This document shows, piece after piece, positions 1 through 59,749 of a stretch of 64,000 nt of DNA. Source of the stretch: Octopus sinensis (Eukaryota); the NCBI RefSeq assembly GCF_006345805.1, contig NC_043020.1, positions 28,148,001 through 28,212,000 on the forward strand, written 5' to 3'. The position numbers and the translations under genes were made by a program. A model generated the notes under the pieces. The model saw only the letters and a list, made by a program, of their open reading frames with translations, had not been told where the DNA came from and made no database searches. The first letter of the stretch is position 1, and the number at the start of each line of letters is the position of its first letter.

Positions 1-591
1 TTAGTATATATGCTTACATCATTCAAATTATTGGATAATTTAATGATTCGTTAATGTGTATACATAAAATTAATATAAACAGTAGGTTGCAGTGTTTCAC
101 CAAAAAGGAGAAAACAGTTCTCCTTTGTGTATGTGTGTGTGTGTGTGTTTGTCTCCCACCATCACCTGACAACCGATATTGGTGTGTTTACATCTGTGTA
201 ACTTAGCAGTTCAGCAAAAGAGACTGATAGAATAAGTACTAGGCTTACAAAGAATAAGTCCTAGGGTCGATTTGTTCCACTAAAGGCAGTGCTCCAGCAT
301 GGCCGCAGTCAAATGACTGAAACAAATAAAAGACCATGTACACACACACACACACATGCATATATGCGCATGTGTTATTTGCACAATGCCTCAACGTAAG
401 ATGATGGTTGTAAACAAGTGGTGGTGTTTCCAAAGTTCTGTGGAAAGATACCTGGTCGCCGGTTACGGGGGAATATTACCTCACCTGGAAACAGGTGAGG
501 GTTGGCAACAGGAAAGTCATCCAGTCATAGAAAACTGCCTCAACAAATTCCATCCAACTCATACAAACATGGAAAAGTGAATATTAAAACC

Positions 592-598
592 ATGATGA

Positions 599-632
<34 letters not shown>

Positions 633-690
633 GGTGATGGTAGTGGTGATGATGATGATGATGATGATGGTGATGATGATGGTGGTGATG
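592..690. repeat. (ATG)n/(GTG)n compound microsatellite
   Basis: Directly visible; explains the poly-M/poly-H ORFs. Confidence 0.95.
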
Positions 691-712
691 AAAAAATGCT
701 TTTGAAACAAAC

Positions 713-46830
<46,118 letters not shown>

Positions 46831-47100
46831 GTTGCTGCGAAGCGGGACGACAACGGCTAAGAGCGCAAGACGGAGGTCGACTGAAGGTTCACCGACCAGG
46901 ACATTTAAGAGAAGAGTTTTAAGTAGAAAAAGGGATTTTCGACAGGAAGTGAAACCTAAGTATTGTGCGACAGGAAGTAAGTTTTGTATTGACATCCAAG
47001 GGTAGGTAACTCTAAACGGAGAAAAACATGGGATAGGGGGATGGATGGGAACGGAGGTGTGTTTGTGGCGGGGTTTCTACGCATGGAGGTCGTTCTGCCT
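46831..47100 (-). promoter_or_regulatory. Putative RNF17 promoter / 5' UTR
   Basis: Unique, CpG-retaining stretch directly upstream of the ATG; two CAGGAAGT (ETS-type) motifs near 46943 and 46971. Confidence 0.45.
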
Positions 47101-47910
47101 GCTAGAAATAGAAAACAAATCTCCGAAACAGAAGATTATATATTGATTAGCGTCTTCTTGGATGAACTGTGCAGACAAAAAAGACGAGAGAGGAATATAT
47201 ATAATACTTTTGATCTGAATCCTCTCTCTCTCCCTCTCACTCTCTCTCTATATATATTATAGTATTATTGAGTGTGTAGGGGTGGAGAGAGAAATGTAAG
47301 ATAGTACAAGAGGGTGAAGAATGGGGAGAAAGTGAGAAAGAGAGAGAGAGGTGGCTACTGTATTTATGTATATATATATATATATATACATACATATATA
47401 TATATATATACATACATACATATACTATTTTTATATTTATATACATACATACACATATATATATATATATACATACATATATAGTATATATATATTTATA
47501 CACACACACATATATATATAGTGGGGGGCAGTGAGGCAAAAAGAAGTATCTTTATTGCATTTTTGACAAAATATACTTTTTACAAATGTTCACTACCTTA
47601 CAAAACCTACATCAGCCAAGCAAATGGCCTTCCCTAAATACATTAAAATCATTATAACATAATCTGATCACATAGTCCCTCCATCACAAGCAATGCATTT
47701 GTGCCTTTGTTGAACTCAAATCTCAAATTTGAAAACATTCAGATATGCATAATTACATCCACTTCTTTAAAGCCACTTTCACCTTGTATGTGTCACCAAA
47801 TCATTGTCCTGAAATGGAACAAGGAGAACATTGATCTGGGCTTTACAATGGATGGGAAATACCAACCAGCTCAAAATACTGATTGCCTGATTTTTTGCCA
47901 AAGACGTGTG

Positions 47911-48281
47911 TCATCATCATTGTTCGACCGTGGTCGAGACAATGGAATTTACCATACTATGCCAGACTTCACGGTCCATCATGGCATTACGGAGGTCCTG
48001 TTGCTGGATGCCTGTATCCCTGGAGATTACATCAGGGTAGGAGAGTGTGCACCCTCTGGTATCACGAGCAGATGGCTTCCAGAGGAGAAGAGGAGAAATT
48101 ACCTCTTTTTCAGCTCTACAACAATGTCCAGCAAACTGGACTCTCCTACCTTTTACAAGAGATGACACAGGTGGTAGTTTCCCATATATTTGCATTTTGG
48201 TTGGATGGCGCTTCCACGAGAGATTTTGAGCTCTCATAAGGAGGCGAGTGTAGGTTCCATCCAACCGCCTCTCAAGCTTAA
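47911..48281 (-). mobile_element. 5'-truncated RTE-clade LINE, same family as 10261-10672
   Basis: Near-identical translation with FAGHCCR motif retained. Confidence 0.85.
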
Positions 48282-50542
48282 TACCTATGTCTGTCCTTGT
48301 TTGTCTCCCCTATGTTTAGCCCCTTGTGGGTAAGAAGGAAATGATGTGTGTGGTCCTGCGTTGTCATACTGAATGTGGACCATTCTTATATTCTTGAGTA
48401 TCTTGATGTACTGCTCACTGTTCACGTTACAGCCACATTCCACAGAATTGTGGAGAATGTTACTCTTCTAGCAAAGTTTAGAATCAGAACCTTACAGCTC
48501 TTACAACTAGGATCAGACCACACTCAGATCAGTCAACTACCCTGAGTATTAACCAATCAGCTTGCAGCAATATCACCCCATATTATAGAATGTTCTATCA
48601 TGTTCCAGATGTTCCTTCACAAAAAGGGTGATGAAAGCGAAAGTGTGCTAGAATCAGCACAGAGGTTGGACAAGGTTCCAAAGACATTAGGTGAACAGTT
48701 TTCTTGGTCCCTGCTTATCCTGTGTTTAAAAAATCTTTTTCTCTACAATGCACTCTTCCAAGGACATACCTATTTCCTTATTACCCACAAGAGGCAAAAC
48801 ACAGAGGGGACAAACAAGGACAGACATAGGTATTAAGTTGATTACATCGACCCCAGTGCAGAACTGGTACTTAATTTATTGACCCCGAAAGGATGAAAGG
48901 CAAAGTCGACCTCGGCGGAATTTGAACTCACAACGTAACGACAGATGAAATACCACTAAGCATTTCATTCGGCGTGCTAACGTATCTGCCAGCTCGCCGC
49001 CTTCTTCCAAGGACAATACCCTCATTTCTTGCCATACAAATAAGCAGCCATCCAATTTTTAGTATAAAACAAACCTGAGGCACACATAAGATGCACTTTA
49101 AATAAACAAGTTTTTTTGTTTGCAGCTCGACCCTGGGTTAAAGGAATTTGTCAACTGTGATGCAAAGAGTATGTTTCCTGCCTCTCACACGAAGCTAATA
49201 TTTTTTTTGTTATTAATGTAACTATGAAGTACATTTACTTCTAGAATATCACAATACACCTATGAAAAGCAGCTAAATAATTATGCAAGTATTGTGGTAC
49301 ACTCCTGTAAGAATAAATTTTTATTTAAACAACATTGAAATTGGTTTTATTATGGGACAGCAGCAGTCTTAATATCTTACCAATATCGTCTGTCTTTACA
49401 TTCTGAGTTCAACTTTGCCCTTCATCCCTTTGGGGTTGATAAATTAAGTATCAGTTGTGTACTGTGGTTGATCTAGTCTACTGGCCCCCTCCCCCAAAAT
49501 TTCAAGCCTTGTGCCTAGAGTAGAAAAGAATATCTTACCGATACATCAAGATCCATTTAACCTAAGCTACACCCTTGTTGCTCACAAGAAGAAAAAAAAA
49601 GCAATCACCCAGACTGTGCTGATCTTGAGCTTCTTTGGCCATTTCTATGATGGCATCAGAGTTCTGTCTTCTTCCTACTTGCTAAAACTTTAGCCTTTGA
49701 TAAGTTTAGTCTGAGGCATCTTGGTTCTATGCTTCGTTTCTACATTTGAAATTTTTTCTTTCAAAATCTTCCAGTCTCCACTATAAGAACTAGATCATAA
49801 GCTTATAGGACTTCATTTGGACAACCAGTCAAACTCCAGCGTTATGATCTGAAGGACTATAACAAATAGGAGGGGCCTGAGAACCAAGCCTAAGTAGATA
49901 TCTACTTGTGCTCCAGATTCCTCTCTAGACACATTTCTGATTCTCACTTTGCTGGTTGCATCCCTCTGACCAACCATTTATCAACTCCTATTTTTCTTAG
50001 CAACCACCAGATTACAGATCGTAATATTCTATCAAAGGTTTCCTCTGGATCAACAAATGCAAGATAGGGAGATCCTCCATAACCAAAAACATGGGATTCC
50101 GTAAAAAAAACAAACAATATATATCCATTTTACTGTAAGTTATGATGGAAAAATCGGATCTTGGTGAATTTTCCGAAAGTCCCCACCCCACCCCCAGGGT
50201 CATCAGCACACCTTTTTTTTTATATTTGTTTTCCACACACTTGTTTGTACCCCCAAGGCTAGTTTATTACTTTTTTTGTTTCTGGGTGAAGGTCTTTATA
50301 TTGACTGAAATGTGAACATTAAAACAACTAGATAGACAATGAAATACCACTGGGTTTCAAAATCAATATTTGTGGAGATGATACCTCTCTTTACTGCACC
50401 AATTGTATGAAGAAAGCACAAACATCCCAGCAGTTCTTTTTCCTCTTCTCTTTAACAAATCAAATGAAATCAAACACTAACCAATCAAATTAAATAAATA
50501 TATTTTTATTTTTGCAATTGAAGTTTATCATGGTTCTGTGGT

Positions 50543-51981
50543 TTATTCTGATTTGCTTTGCTCTGAATAGGACAAGGGCTGAATGCGAAGAACTTCGGCA
50601 GAATTGTTGAAGAACCAACAAGTAACATGGACTTTGTCCACAGAGAAATAATACAGGCTATCCTTACAAAGGTTTCTCCGATAGACAGAACGGGGATCTT
50701 CGGACAGAATCGAACAGATTGCCTGACAGACTTCGTGTGAGTCTTGCAGGAATTCTAACCGATAATCCTGCCGCTTATTGTGTTGGCTGAACTTTTGCAA
50801 CTGCAGACGGGAACGTTCAGTGAAGAAGACAGTCAATTTGGGAACCGGAGCTTTAACGACCCAGTCTGCAGAAACAAGGGGTTTTGTTGATGTGGGGTTG
50901 AAGGATGGTGTTGTAGCAACTGTGGGTGAGGTTGCAGCGTATTGGATTACAGGAGGGAAAATAACAGAAGATGTAGTAGTAAGAGGTGTGGATTCAGAGG
51001 GAGTTGTAGTAAGAAGAGCGGAATCAGGGGGAGTAGAATCAGTATGAGTTGTTGTGAGAAGAGTGGGAGCAACAGGTGTGAAAGCCATAGATTCTTTTGT
51101 GGTAGGAGATTCAGAGGGAGTTGTAGTAAGAGGAATGAAATCAACCTGGGTTTTGGTAAGAGGAGTGGAATTAACGTGGGTTGTGGTAAGAGGAGTGGAA
51201 TCAACTTGGGTTGTGGTAAGAGGAGTGGAATGAACTTGGGCTGTGGTAGGAGGAGTGGAAACAACAGGAGTTAAGGCAACAGATTCTTTTGTAGTAAAAA
51301 ATGGTGTCACAGCAGCATCTGAGTTCAAATCAAAGTTCGTTACAGCAATTGAGGCTGATTGGGAAGAAGATTTCAAAAGACAAACATTATGATTCTTTGT
51401 AGACGCTTTACTTGTTGTTTCTTCAGCGTCTTCTGATCCTTGTGAACTTGCATGAGTGAAAATCTTTCCTGCCTGAGTCTTCTGAAATTTTTCTTGGCCT
51501 AAAGACTCATCTTCCAGGCAATAATTCTTGGATGTGAAACAAAAGTTTTGTGCTTTTTTTCTTAAATCAAGATCTTCCTCAGTAATTCCAGAAGTGCTGT
51601 TTTCAATGGAATCCACCTCAAGCATTGTTGAATCCTCTGCAAAAACATCTGAAGAATTAGTTGAAGAGGAGCAAATAATTTTTTCTGTATTACTGGAGAG
51701 TTTTCTTTGTTCTGTTGAGCTGACTGAAGAACTGAAGTCTTGTGTTGGTTCTTGGTTCAGTGAAGTGTTGTGTTGGTTAAAGTTAGAACTTGGACAAGGA
51801 AGAACATTTGGGAACTGGTTGCTTGCGGAATGATAATGTGATGAAGGATTGTTTTTCTCCACAGATTCAAATTCAGCATGAGAAGCGCCTAGGGGACAGT
51901 CATATTGTGGTATGTAAGGTTTCACATCCAATACTGGAGTTCCATCTAAAAGATCAATCCCAGAAAAATGGATACTGGCAC
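50543..51981 (-). CDS. TRMO: TRMO terminal exon (end of TsaA barrel, long S/T/P linker, C-terminal domain, TAA)
   Basis: TACAG|GTGCC acceptor; lies within 499-aa ORF; minus-strand AATAAA near 50505-50510. Confidence 0.93.
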
Positions 51982-54974
51982 CTGTAATTAAAAAAAAAAT
52001 GTGAAAGCATTTGAATAAGATGGATGTCAAGAACCATATCACATCATATACCCAGGCCTATTCCCCAATTTTGTTTTAGGAACCAGGTAGTCACAACAAG
52101 ACACACACTAGGCCTTCCATTCATTTCCCAGCTCAAAGAAGCGAGCCCCGTTCTATGCTTGGATCAAGGTGTAGAATGCAACCCCCAATATCAACTGCAG
52201 GGCCCAACAGCATGTGCTGGTTTACCCCTGCCGCATCATGCTGGTTCCGTATCCCTTTGAGCAACATCAAATTCACTCATCCGTCCGCAAAAACCCTCTC
52301 CAAGCTTTCCAATCATTTATAAACTCTCTTGCCTCTCTCTCACTCCAACACCTCTAAAACAAGGGTCATGGAATTCCAAGAAAGACAACAAAATCAAAAA
52401 CACACAACGGATCAACTTTAACACCATTAACAGTAACAGGAATAAAACTACCTACAAAACAGTCCATGCTTCTAAACCATATTGCTCTGGGTTCAATCCC
52501 ACAGTGTGACACTTTGGGCAAGTGTCTTTTACAACCCCAGGCTGACCAAGGCGTTGTAAGTGGATTTGATAGACAGAAATAGAAAGAAGTCTGTTGCACG
52601 AGCGTGTGTTGTGTGCGTGCATGTATGTGTGTGTGTGTCTTCTTGTCTTGACATTGTGTGATAGTCGTAAATGAGTGTCACTGTCATACAAGCAGTCATT
52701 CATTTCCAATACTCCACAAGGACATACCTCAAATAAGCTCCAACCGACTCATACAAGCATAGAAAAATGAATGTTACGGCTGCAAAAGTGTTAAAAAAAC
52801 AAAACAAAACAATAAAACAGAAACATTTTACCAGTAATCTTCTCTATTTTCGCAAGTGTAAGTCCAATCGGGTTCGGCCTGTATGGTGCTCTTGTGGCAA
52901 AAAGACCAATACGTCGACCGTCAAGCCTTGGGGGTCGTACTTTAGCTTTGAAATAAGCATTGTTGTTTTTGTGAAACACAAAGATAATCCTGTAAGATAA
53001 AATTAATGAAATACAGTTAATCCCTTCCTACGAAGGAGGACTGACTGAAAATACGAAGTTAATAACAGAACTAAATGAATAAGTGAGTGCTCTATAACCT
53101 ATTAGGATATAGGGGTTACGACATGAGGATTTTGTAAAAGATCATGTTTGGTTTTTTAACTGGTTTTCTTTACCTAAAATGTTTAAGTTACCAGAACTAG
53201 AAATGAGAGAGAGAGAGAGAACTATAGTGTTAAAATGCCTTGCACACAAGTGAGATGGTGAAGTGGGCAGCAATGGAATCACAAAATCAATACAATACGT
53301 ATTTAGGTAAACCTTTATCTTATAACCATGTGGTCAGAAGCCAAGCATGTTAACCCCACACCTACGGACAGGCAGGCAGAGAGAGAGAGGGAAATGCACA
53401 TACACAACAAGCTTCTTTCAGTCCCCATCTACCAGAGCCACTCACAAGGCTTTAGATAAGGGTAAAAATTCTTCCCAAGTCACATAGACTCATAGGGCTG
53501 GTTTCTCAATTCCAGCAGCACATATATTCTCTGCCCTCCTGGATGGGGCACTGGTCTTTCACAGGATTGCACATTTTAGCAAGCTGAGTGGGCCGGAGCT
53601 ATGTGAAATGAACTGCTCTGCTCAAGAACACAATGTGTTGCCCGGTCCAAGAATCGAAACCATACTCTTATAATCATGATCCTAACACTCTAACCACTAA
53701 GCCATAAGCTTCCACACTCACAAGGCTTTAATCAGCCTTGGGCTTTTAGCAGAAGATACATGCCAAAGGTGCCACTCAGTGGTGTTGAACCCAAAATCAC
53801 AGAGTTGGGAAGCGAACTCCTTCAGCACTTGATACATCATCATCATTATATAACATTCGTCTTCTATGCATGCATGGATAGGACAGTTGATAGGAGCCGG
53901 CCAGGTAGAAAAACTACCCTAGGCTACTGTGTGTTTTGGCAGGGATTTTATGGCTGGATGCCCTTCCTAACACCAACCACTCCGCAGAGTGGACTCAGTA
54001 CTTTTTACGTGGCACTAGCACAGGCAGGGTTAGTTTTGGCACGATTTTTACATCTGGATGACCTTCCAAATGCCAACCACGTTACAGTGTGCAGTAATTT
54101 ATTTCTTGAATTTTTGGCAAATTTCTGAAAATTTTGGAAAATGTAAATGTAAAGATTTTATATTCACAACAGTGAGAGAGAGTGAAATGATTGTTGGTGA
54201 GTTCAGAGGATGTTGTGTGAAACACATGGATAAGGAATTGCTTTCAGTCACCAATACAGAATTATCTCCCTTGCTATAGCATTTGGTGCTCAAAAGGTGA
54301 AGGGTGTCTTTTTTTGAGGAGGTGAAATTACAGTACTGCTTACAACATGATTGATAAAATGCTTTATTTACACTCATGGCCAAAACTTGCAATAGACTAG
54401 CATCCTACCCAGGAGGAGGGGTATTTCTTGAAAACTGCAACACATTCAAGCAATAGTAGAGGAAGAAAAAAATGACATATACAAAAATAACTTAGATTTG
54501 TCATGGGCCCAAGAAGGCTTGGGCTTATCTCCATTTCCATGGGAATGAGATTACAGCCCTTTCTCCTGAATGGGGTACCAGTCTGTTGCAGTGGTAACTC
54601 CCCGGTTATTGCTGCAACTCATTTACAGCTCAATGAAGTGTAACAGTGTGAAATGAAGTGTTTTTGCTCAAAAACACAACATACCATCCTGTCCAGGAAT
54701 TGAAACCATTATTTTACGATCATGAGTGTAACACCCTTACCACTAGGCTACAAAGCTTCATAGAAAAATAAGATATACAAAAGAACATTTACCAAGCATG
54801 AGAGAAGTCTTGTAAACCTTCAAGAGAATGTTCTGGATTGTTAAAGATGGATTTGTCAATGGTTAACGTTCCACGAGCCTGTTGACATATTCCAGCTTGC
54901 CGAGGAGTTCCATTCTTAAACTTGAACAATGTCTGCATGTATCCAATAGTCTGCATTGTGCCAGGAACAGATTT
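50543..54974 (-). CDS. TRMO: tRNA (adenine(37)-N6)-methyltransferase, TsaA/TrmO family; 3 coding exons found, 5' end uncertain
   Basis: Spliced product contains KNGTPRQ, IFNNPEHSLEGLQDFSHAWIIFVFHKN, AKVRPPRLDG, GLFATRAPYRPNPIGLT, GIDLLDGTPVLDVKPYIPQYD and C-terminal LSEDPRSVYRR: hallmark TsaA/TRMO motifs. Confidence 0.93.
50975..51300 (-). repeat. Coding 30-bp tandem repeat (about STPLTTTQVD units) within TRMO linker
   Basis: Repeated GTTGTGGTAAGAGGAGTGGAATCAACTTGG-like units on the + strand. Confidence 0.85.
52832..52989 (-). CDS. TRMO: TRMO exon (IIFVFHKN...RPNPIGLTLAKIEKIT)
   Basis: TACAG / GTAAA, phase 2 to 1. Confidence 0.93.
54793..54974 (-). CDS. TRMO: TRMO exon (KSVPGTMQTIGYMQTLFKFKNGTPRQ...FSHA); possible start ATG at 54956
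   Basis: CTCAG acceptor, TG|GTAAA donor; not in ORF track. Confidence 0.9.
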
Positions 54975-55835
54975 CTGAGGAAGACAAATAAAAATAAATT
55001 ACGAAATTTTCTTTTTCTTTTGTTCCTACTGTAGGCAGAAGACCAGAAATTTTGGAGGATTGGGAATAGTTAATCATGAAGATGGGCACAGGGTCAGCTT
55101 CAGGTAAATGAATAAGGGTTTTAACTATGGGATAATAATTCTAAGACTAAAACCAGTGTGACAAGGTTGGACCAATGAATTACTGGTACAATCCAGTTGA
55201 TGAGCTTCTACATAGTTTGTCAACCTACATTCACTAACAAGGCTTGGGTCACTTGTCCAAGGTAGCCCATTGGGATGGAACCCGGGGTCTTATGGTTGTG
55301 AAGTGAATTTCTTAAGTGTTCAGTCATGCCTACGTCCACAGAGTATAAGGACATAATTAATATATCTTTATTTCTTTACTACCCACAAGGGGCTAAACAC
55401 AGAGAGGACAAACAAGGACAGACAAACGGATGAAGTCAATTATATCGACCCCAGTGCGAAACTGGTACTTTATTTATCGACCCCGAGAGGATGAAAGGCA
55501 AAGTCGACCTCGGCGGAATTTGAACTCAGAACGTAACGACAGACGAAATACGGTTACGCATTTCGTCCGGCGCGCTATCAGGCACCCTACATTATCATCA
55601 TTTTAATGTTCACATTGCCATGCTTGCCTGGGAAGGACGAAATTCCTTGAGGCAGATTTTCTATGGCTGTCTGCCCTTCCTGTCACCAAACCTCACCTGT
55701 TTCCAAACAAGGAAGTATTTCCCCATATCCAGAGTTGTCTTTGCAAAATATTGGAATTGAATGACACTCGCTTACAACTACCATGTGCTGTTAAAGCATG
55801 GACACACACACACACGTGGCGGTATTCAACATTTG

Positions 55836-56273
55836 GCACGGCATATAACCCCTCAAAACGATTTTTTTATTTTCTGGAATTTTCAGAAATTTCTCCCGAA
55901 TTTGTGTTCTACACACGGGAATTCATAAGAACTATGTAACCCCACCCCACAACATTTTTGTGATTGAAGGGGTATTTAGCTGTTATTTTTAGCACATCTC
56001 ACGACCACCTCATACCGTCCTCGTTTGTTTGTCAGTCTGAAGTATTGATATCTTTCTCCAGATAAACACATTTAACGGTCTATTGCCACAATTTAAGCCC
56101 CCCAAAATCAAACTGTCCGTAATTGTGATTAAACATTTTTTCTAATTTCGAAAATTAAAAAAACAGAAGTTTTTTCCCTAGTCATATGAATTCTCGTGAG
56201 TAGAACACAAATTCACAAAGTTTCTGAAAATTTCCCCAAAATAATAAAGTTATGAGTGGGTTATGTGGGGTGC
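55836..56273. mobile_element. Old MITE with ~95-bp degenerate TIRs
   Basis: GAATTTGTGTTCTAC...GAATTCATA versus TATGAATTC...GTAGAACACAAATTC. Confidence 0.65.
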
Positions 56274-56517
56274 TTAAAGCAGAATTCTGTCCCGAAAAAC
56301 ACAACGAAAACAATTATTAATCACATTTAAGCACTAATCTTATATTTAAGCACTAATCTAAGATAAGGATCTGATTGCTACGGAATTTTTAATAAAAACT
56401 AACTGCAGATAATTCTCGTAATTATATTTTTTCTGTATGAACGAAATACATTACCTCTATCATCATCAATTAAATGTAAATTGTAGGATTGTATGTATGT
56501 ATATATATAGTTTGGAT

Positions 56518-56908
56518 GAGTGTCCTCACTTTTACGATCCTGCATTTAACTAGAGAAAGCAGGGGTCCTGCAAGGTTTTACAGCAACTAAAATGCCATTT
56601 CCGAATGTGTAGTAAATTATTATAAAAGCAAGCCAAATAAGAATCAATTAACTAGATATTGGTTAGGTTGGCTTTCCAAACCACAACTGTTTATGAATTC
56701 AAATGATGTTTTGTGCACCGATCAACACAATGAATATCTTATTTCGGAACATATATACCTCATCAAGATCTTTCCATCATCTCGTTTGAGCCAACGATAG
56801 TAATTTTTACGCGTGGAAGTCCTGCTATAAAGAACAACTCAGGACCATGGTGGTACAGTAAAAAAAACGGTTGATTTTGAATTTAGGACCGTAAAAGTGA
56901 GGATACCC
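56518..56908. mobile_element. MITE with ~24-bp TIRs
   Basis: GTCCTCACTTTTACGATCCT / AGGACCGTAAAAGTGAGGAT. Confidence 0.7.
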
Positions 56909-57384
56909 TATTATTTGGACATATATATATATATATTAGGTGATGTTTATAATAGATAGAGCAAGGTACGTCAGGTGCGAGGGCCGCTTAAGTAAATGAG
57001 AATGTAAGAGGAGATCACAAGAGATGGAAGATAGAAAGAAGATTATAGAATGAGAATGGAAAGATTGTGGAAATGAAGAGAATAATGTTGAAGGGAGAGA
57101 GAAATAAAAAGAAAAGCAGAGATACAGAAAAAGAAAGGGAAACTGCAAGAAAGGATAAAAGAATAACAGAAAAAAAAGAGAAAATGAAACCGTGAAAGGA
57201 AAGAAATAAAATGAAAAGAAGGATTTCGTTTTTGGATTTGGTTTGCAAGATTCTTTATATGAGTTCGTGTGTTGAAGCATATTCTGTTGTGTCTGGGGAG
57301 TGTCATTTTCTTTTTGTGCCTTATTATGTAACACACCCACCGGTAAAATTTCCACTTTTTTCTTATTTTTATGTATTTATTTGG

Positions 57385-57783
57385 CGTGGCTGTGTGGTAA
57401 GTAGCTTGTTTACCAACCACATGGTTCCGGGTTCAGTTCCACTAATGGCACCTCGGGCAAGTGTCTTCTACTATAGCCTCGGGCCGACCAAAGCCTTGTG
57501 AGTGGATTTGGTAGATGGAAACTGAAAGAAGCCCGTCGTATATATGTATATATATATATATATGTGTATGTGTGTGTGTTTGTGTGTCTATGTTTGTCCC
57601 CTTAGCATTGCTTGACAACCGATGCTGGTGTGTTTATGTCCCCGTCACTTAGTGGTTCGGCAAAAAACAGGTCGATAGAATAAGTACTGGGCTTACAAAG
57701 AATAAGTGCCGGGGTCGAGTTGCTCGATTAAAGGCGGTGCTCCAGCATGGCCGCAGTCAAATGACTGAAACAAGTAAAAGAGT
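57385..57783 (+). mobile_element. tRNA-derived SINE family A, flanked by ~80-bp inverted repeats
   Basis: Match to family A; flanks 57282-57362 and 57787-57866 are reverse complements. Confidence 0.85.
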
Positions 57784-58103
57784 AAGGAAAAAGTGGAAAT
57801 TTCACCGGTGGGTGTGTTACATTATAAGGCACAAAAAGAAAATGACTCTCCCCAGACACAACAGAAAAGAAGGATTGTTTCTTTTAAAAAAACAAGAAAG
57901 ATAATGAGCGGAGGCATAGCTGAAGAAGCTCACTTTGCAACCATGTGGTTTCGGTTTCGGTTCCAGCACATGACACCCTGGATCAGAGAGTTCTACTCCG
58001 ATCACTCTACCCAGCCCTGTGAGTAGATTTGCTTTGCAAGTGTATGGTTCTGTGTCTGTGTTTGTCCCTCTCCACCGCTTGACAACCGGTGTAACGTTGG
58101 GAT

Positions 58104-58426
58104 CTTTTCCTTTTGATAGCCAGATTTCAACACAATTTCTAGTTAACTAAACACTTTAAAACTTCGTATACTGGTAGAATGTGTCAAAAGAAAACATTAT
58201 TTTCACTTGGCTTTTTTGATAAATTTGTAATTCGTTTGTTTAACGTAGTTTAATTTTTTGAAATGTTAACCAATCTTATTACAAATTACTTATTACAAAT
58301 TTACAAATTTATCAAAAAAGCCAAGTGAAAATAATGTTTTCCTTTGACACATTCTACCACTATACGAAGTTTTCAAGTGTTTAGTTAACTAGAAATTGTG
58401 TTGAAATCTGGCTATCAAAGGGAAAG
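58104..58426. mobile_element. Foldback/MITE with ~125-bp TIRs inserted into a SINE
   Basis: Arms ~58104-58231 and ~58298-58426 are near-perfect reverse complements. Confidence 0.85.
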
Positions 58427-58802
58427 TTTACACTCCCGTAGCCTAGGGGTTCGTCAAAAGAAAACGATGGAATAAGTACCAAACTGCAACACAAATAAGT
58501 CGATTTGTATGACCGAAACCCTTTACGGTGATGCCCCAGGATGACCGCAGCCCAATGTCTGAAACTAGTAAAAGATAAAGATACATCTATAGACGTAATA
58601 AAAATGGAGGTGGGGAATAAAATGGATTGACTGATTAAAGGAAAGAAATAATGACGAATGTAAAAATCTGAAATGGCTTTTCTGAATTACTGAAACGAAT
58701 AGATGAATGCTCCAAAATGGGTAAATCATGCGAACCGATCATTTTTCTATTTTTTCCCAAATGATCTTCAGATTTCTGTATTTTGAAAACCGACTGTACA
58801 AT

Positions 58803-59160
58803 ACTCTTTTAATTGTTTCAGTCATTTTGACTATGGCCATGCTGGAGCACCGCCCTTAGTCGACCAAATCGCCCCCAGGACTTATTCTTTGTAAGCCTAG
58901 TACTTATTCTATCAGTCTCTTTTGCTGAACCGCTAAGTTACGGGGACGTAAACATACCAGCATCGGTTGTCAAGTGATGCTGGTGGGACAAACACAGACA
59001 CACAAACGTATATACACTCACATACATATCTATACATATATACGATGGGCTTCTTTCAGTTTCCGTCTACCAAATCCACTCACAAGGCTTTGGTCGGCCT
59101 GAGGCTATAGTAGAAGACACTTGCCCAAGGTGCCACGCAGTGGGACTGAACCAGGAACCA
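58803..59160 (-). mobile_element. tRNA-derived SINE family A
   Basis: Match to family A. Confidence 0.83.
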
Positions 59161-59277
59161 TCTGTCATTCCTTTCTATCTCTATCTTTCTCATACACCTA
59201 ATCACAAAATCCGTTTATGTCCATCATACTTTCTTGTTCTATATACACATTTACAATATGAATGCATCATTTAAATA

Positions 59278-59749
59278 GAGCGGCTAACCGGCTTCCGTGC
59301 CAGTGATACGTAAAAGGCACCATTCGAGTGTGATCGTTACCAGCATCGCCTTACTGGCACCTGTGCCCCTGCTAGTAGGGTGCCAAGAGCACCACCTGAG
59401 CGTGATCGTTGCCAGAGCGGCTAACTGGCTTCCGTGTCGGTGGCACGTAAAAGGCACCATTCGAGCGTGATCGTTACCAGCGTCGCCTAACTGGCACCTG
59501 TGCCGTTGGCATGTGTAAAAAGATTCGAGCGAGGTCGTTGCCAGTACCGCCTCACTAGCCCCGTGCCGGTGGCATGTAAAAAGGACCCACTACACTCTCG
59601 GAGTGGTTGGCGTTAGGAAGGGCATCCAGCTGTAGAAACTCTTCCAGATCAGATTGGAGTCTGGTACAGCCATCTGGTTGGCCAGACCTCAGTCAAATCG
59701 TCCAACCCATGCTAGCATGGAAAGCGGACGTTAAACGATGATGATGATG
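59278..59749 (+). mobile_element. Retroposon family B, long copy with several internal tandem units
   Basis: Ends GGAAAGCGGACGTTAAACGATGATGATG. Confidence 0.83.

Noticed and set aside
46831-46995. N-terminal extension of ORF 46600-46995 upstream of MQFLP
   Set aside because: No domain similarity; RING proteins of this type start just before the first CxxC, so 46830 is preferred, though the upstream ATG is in frame
50778-51987. Plus-strand and alternate-frame ORFs overlapping TRMO
   Set aside because: Shadow frames of a repetitive coding exon
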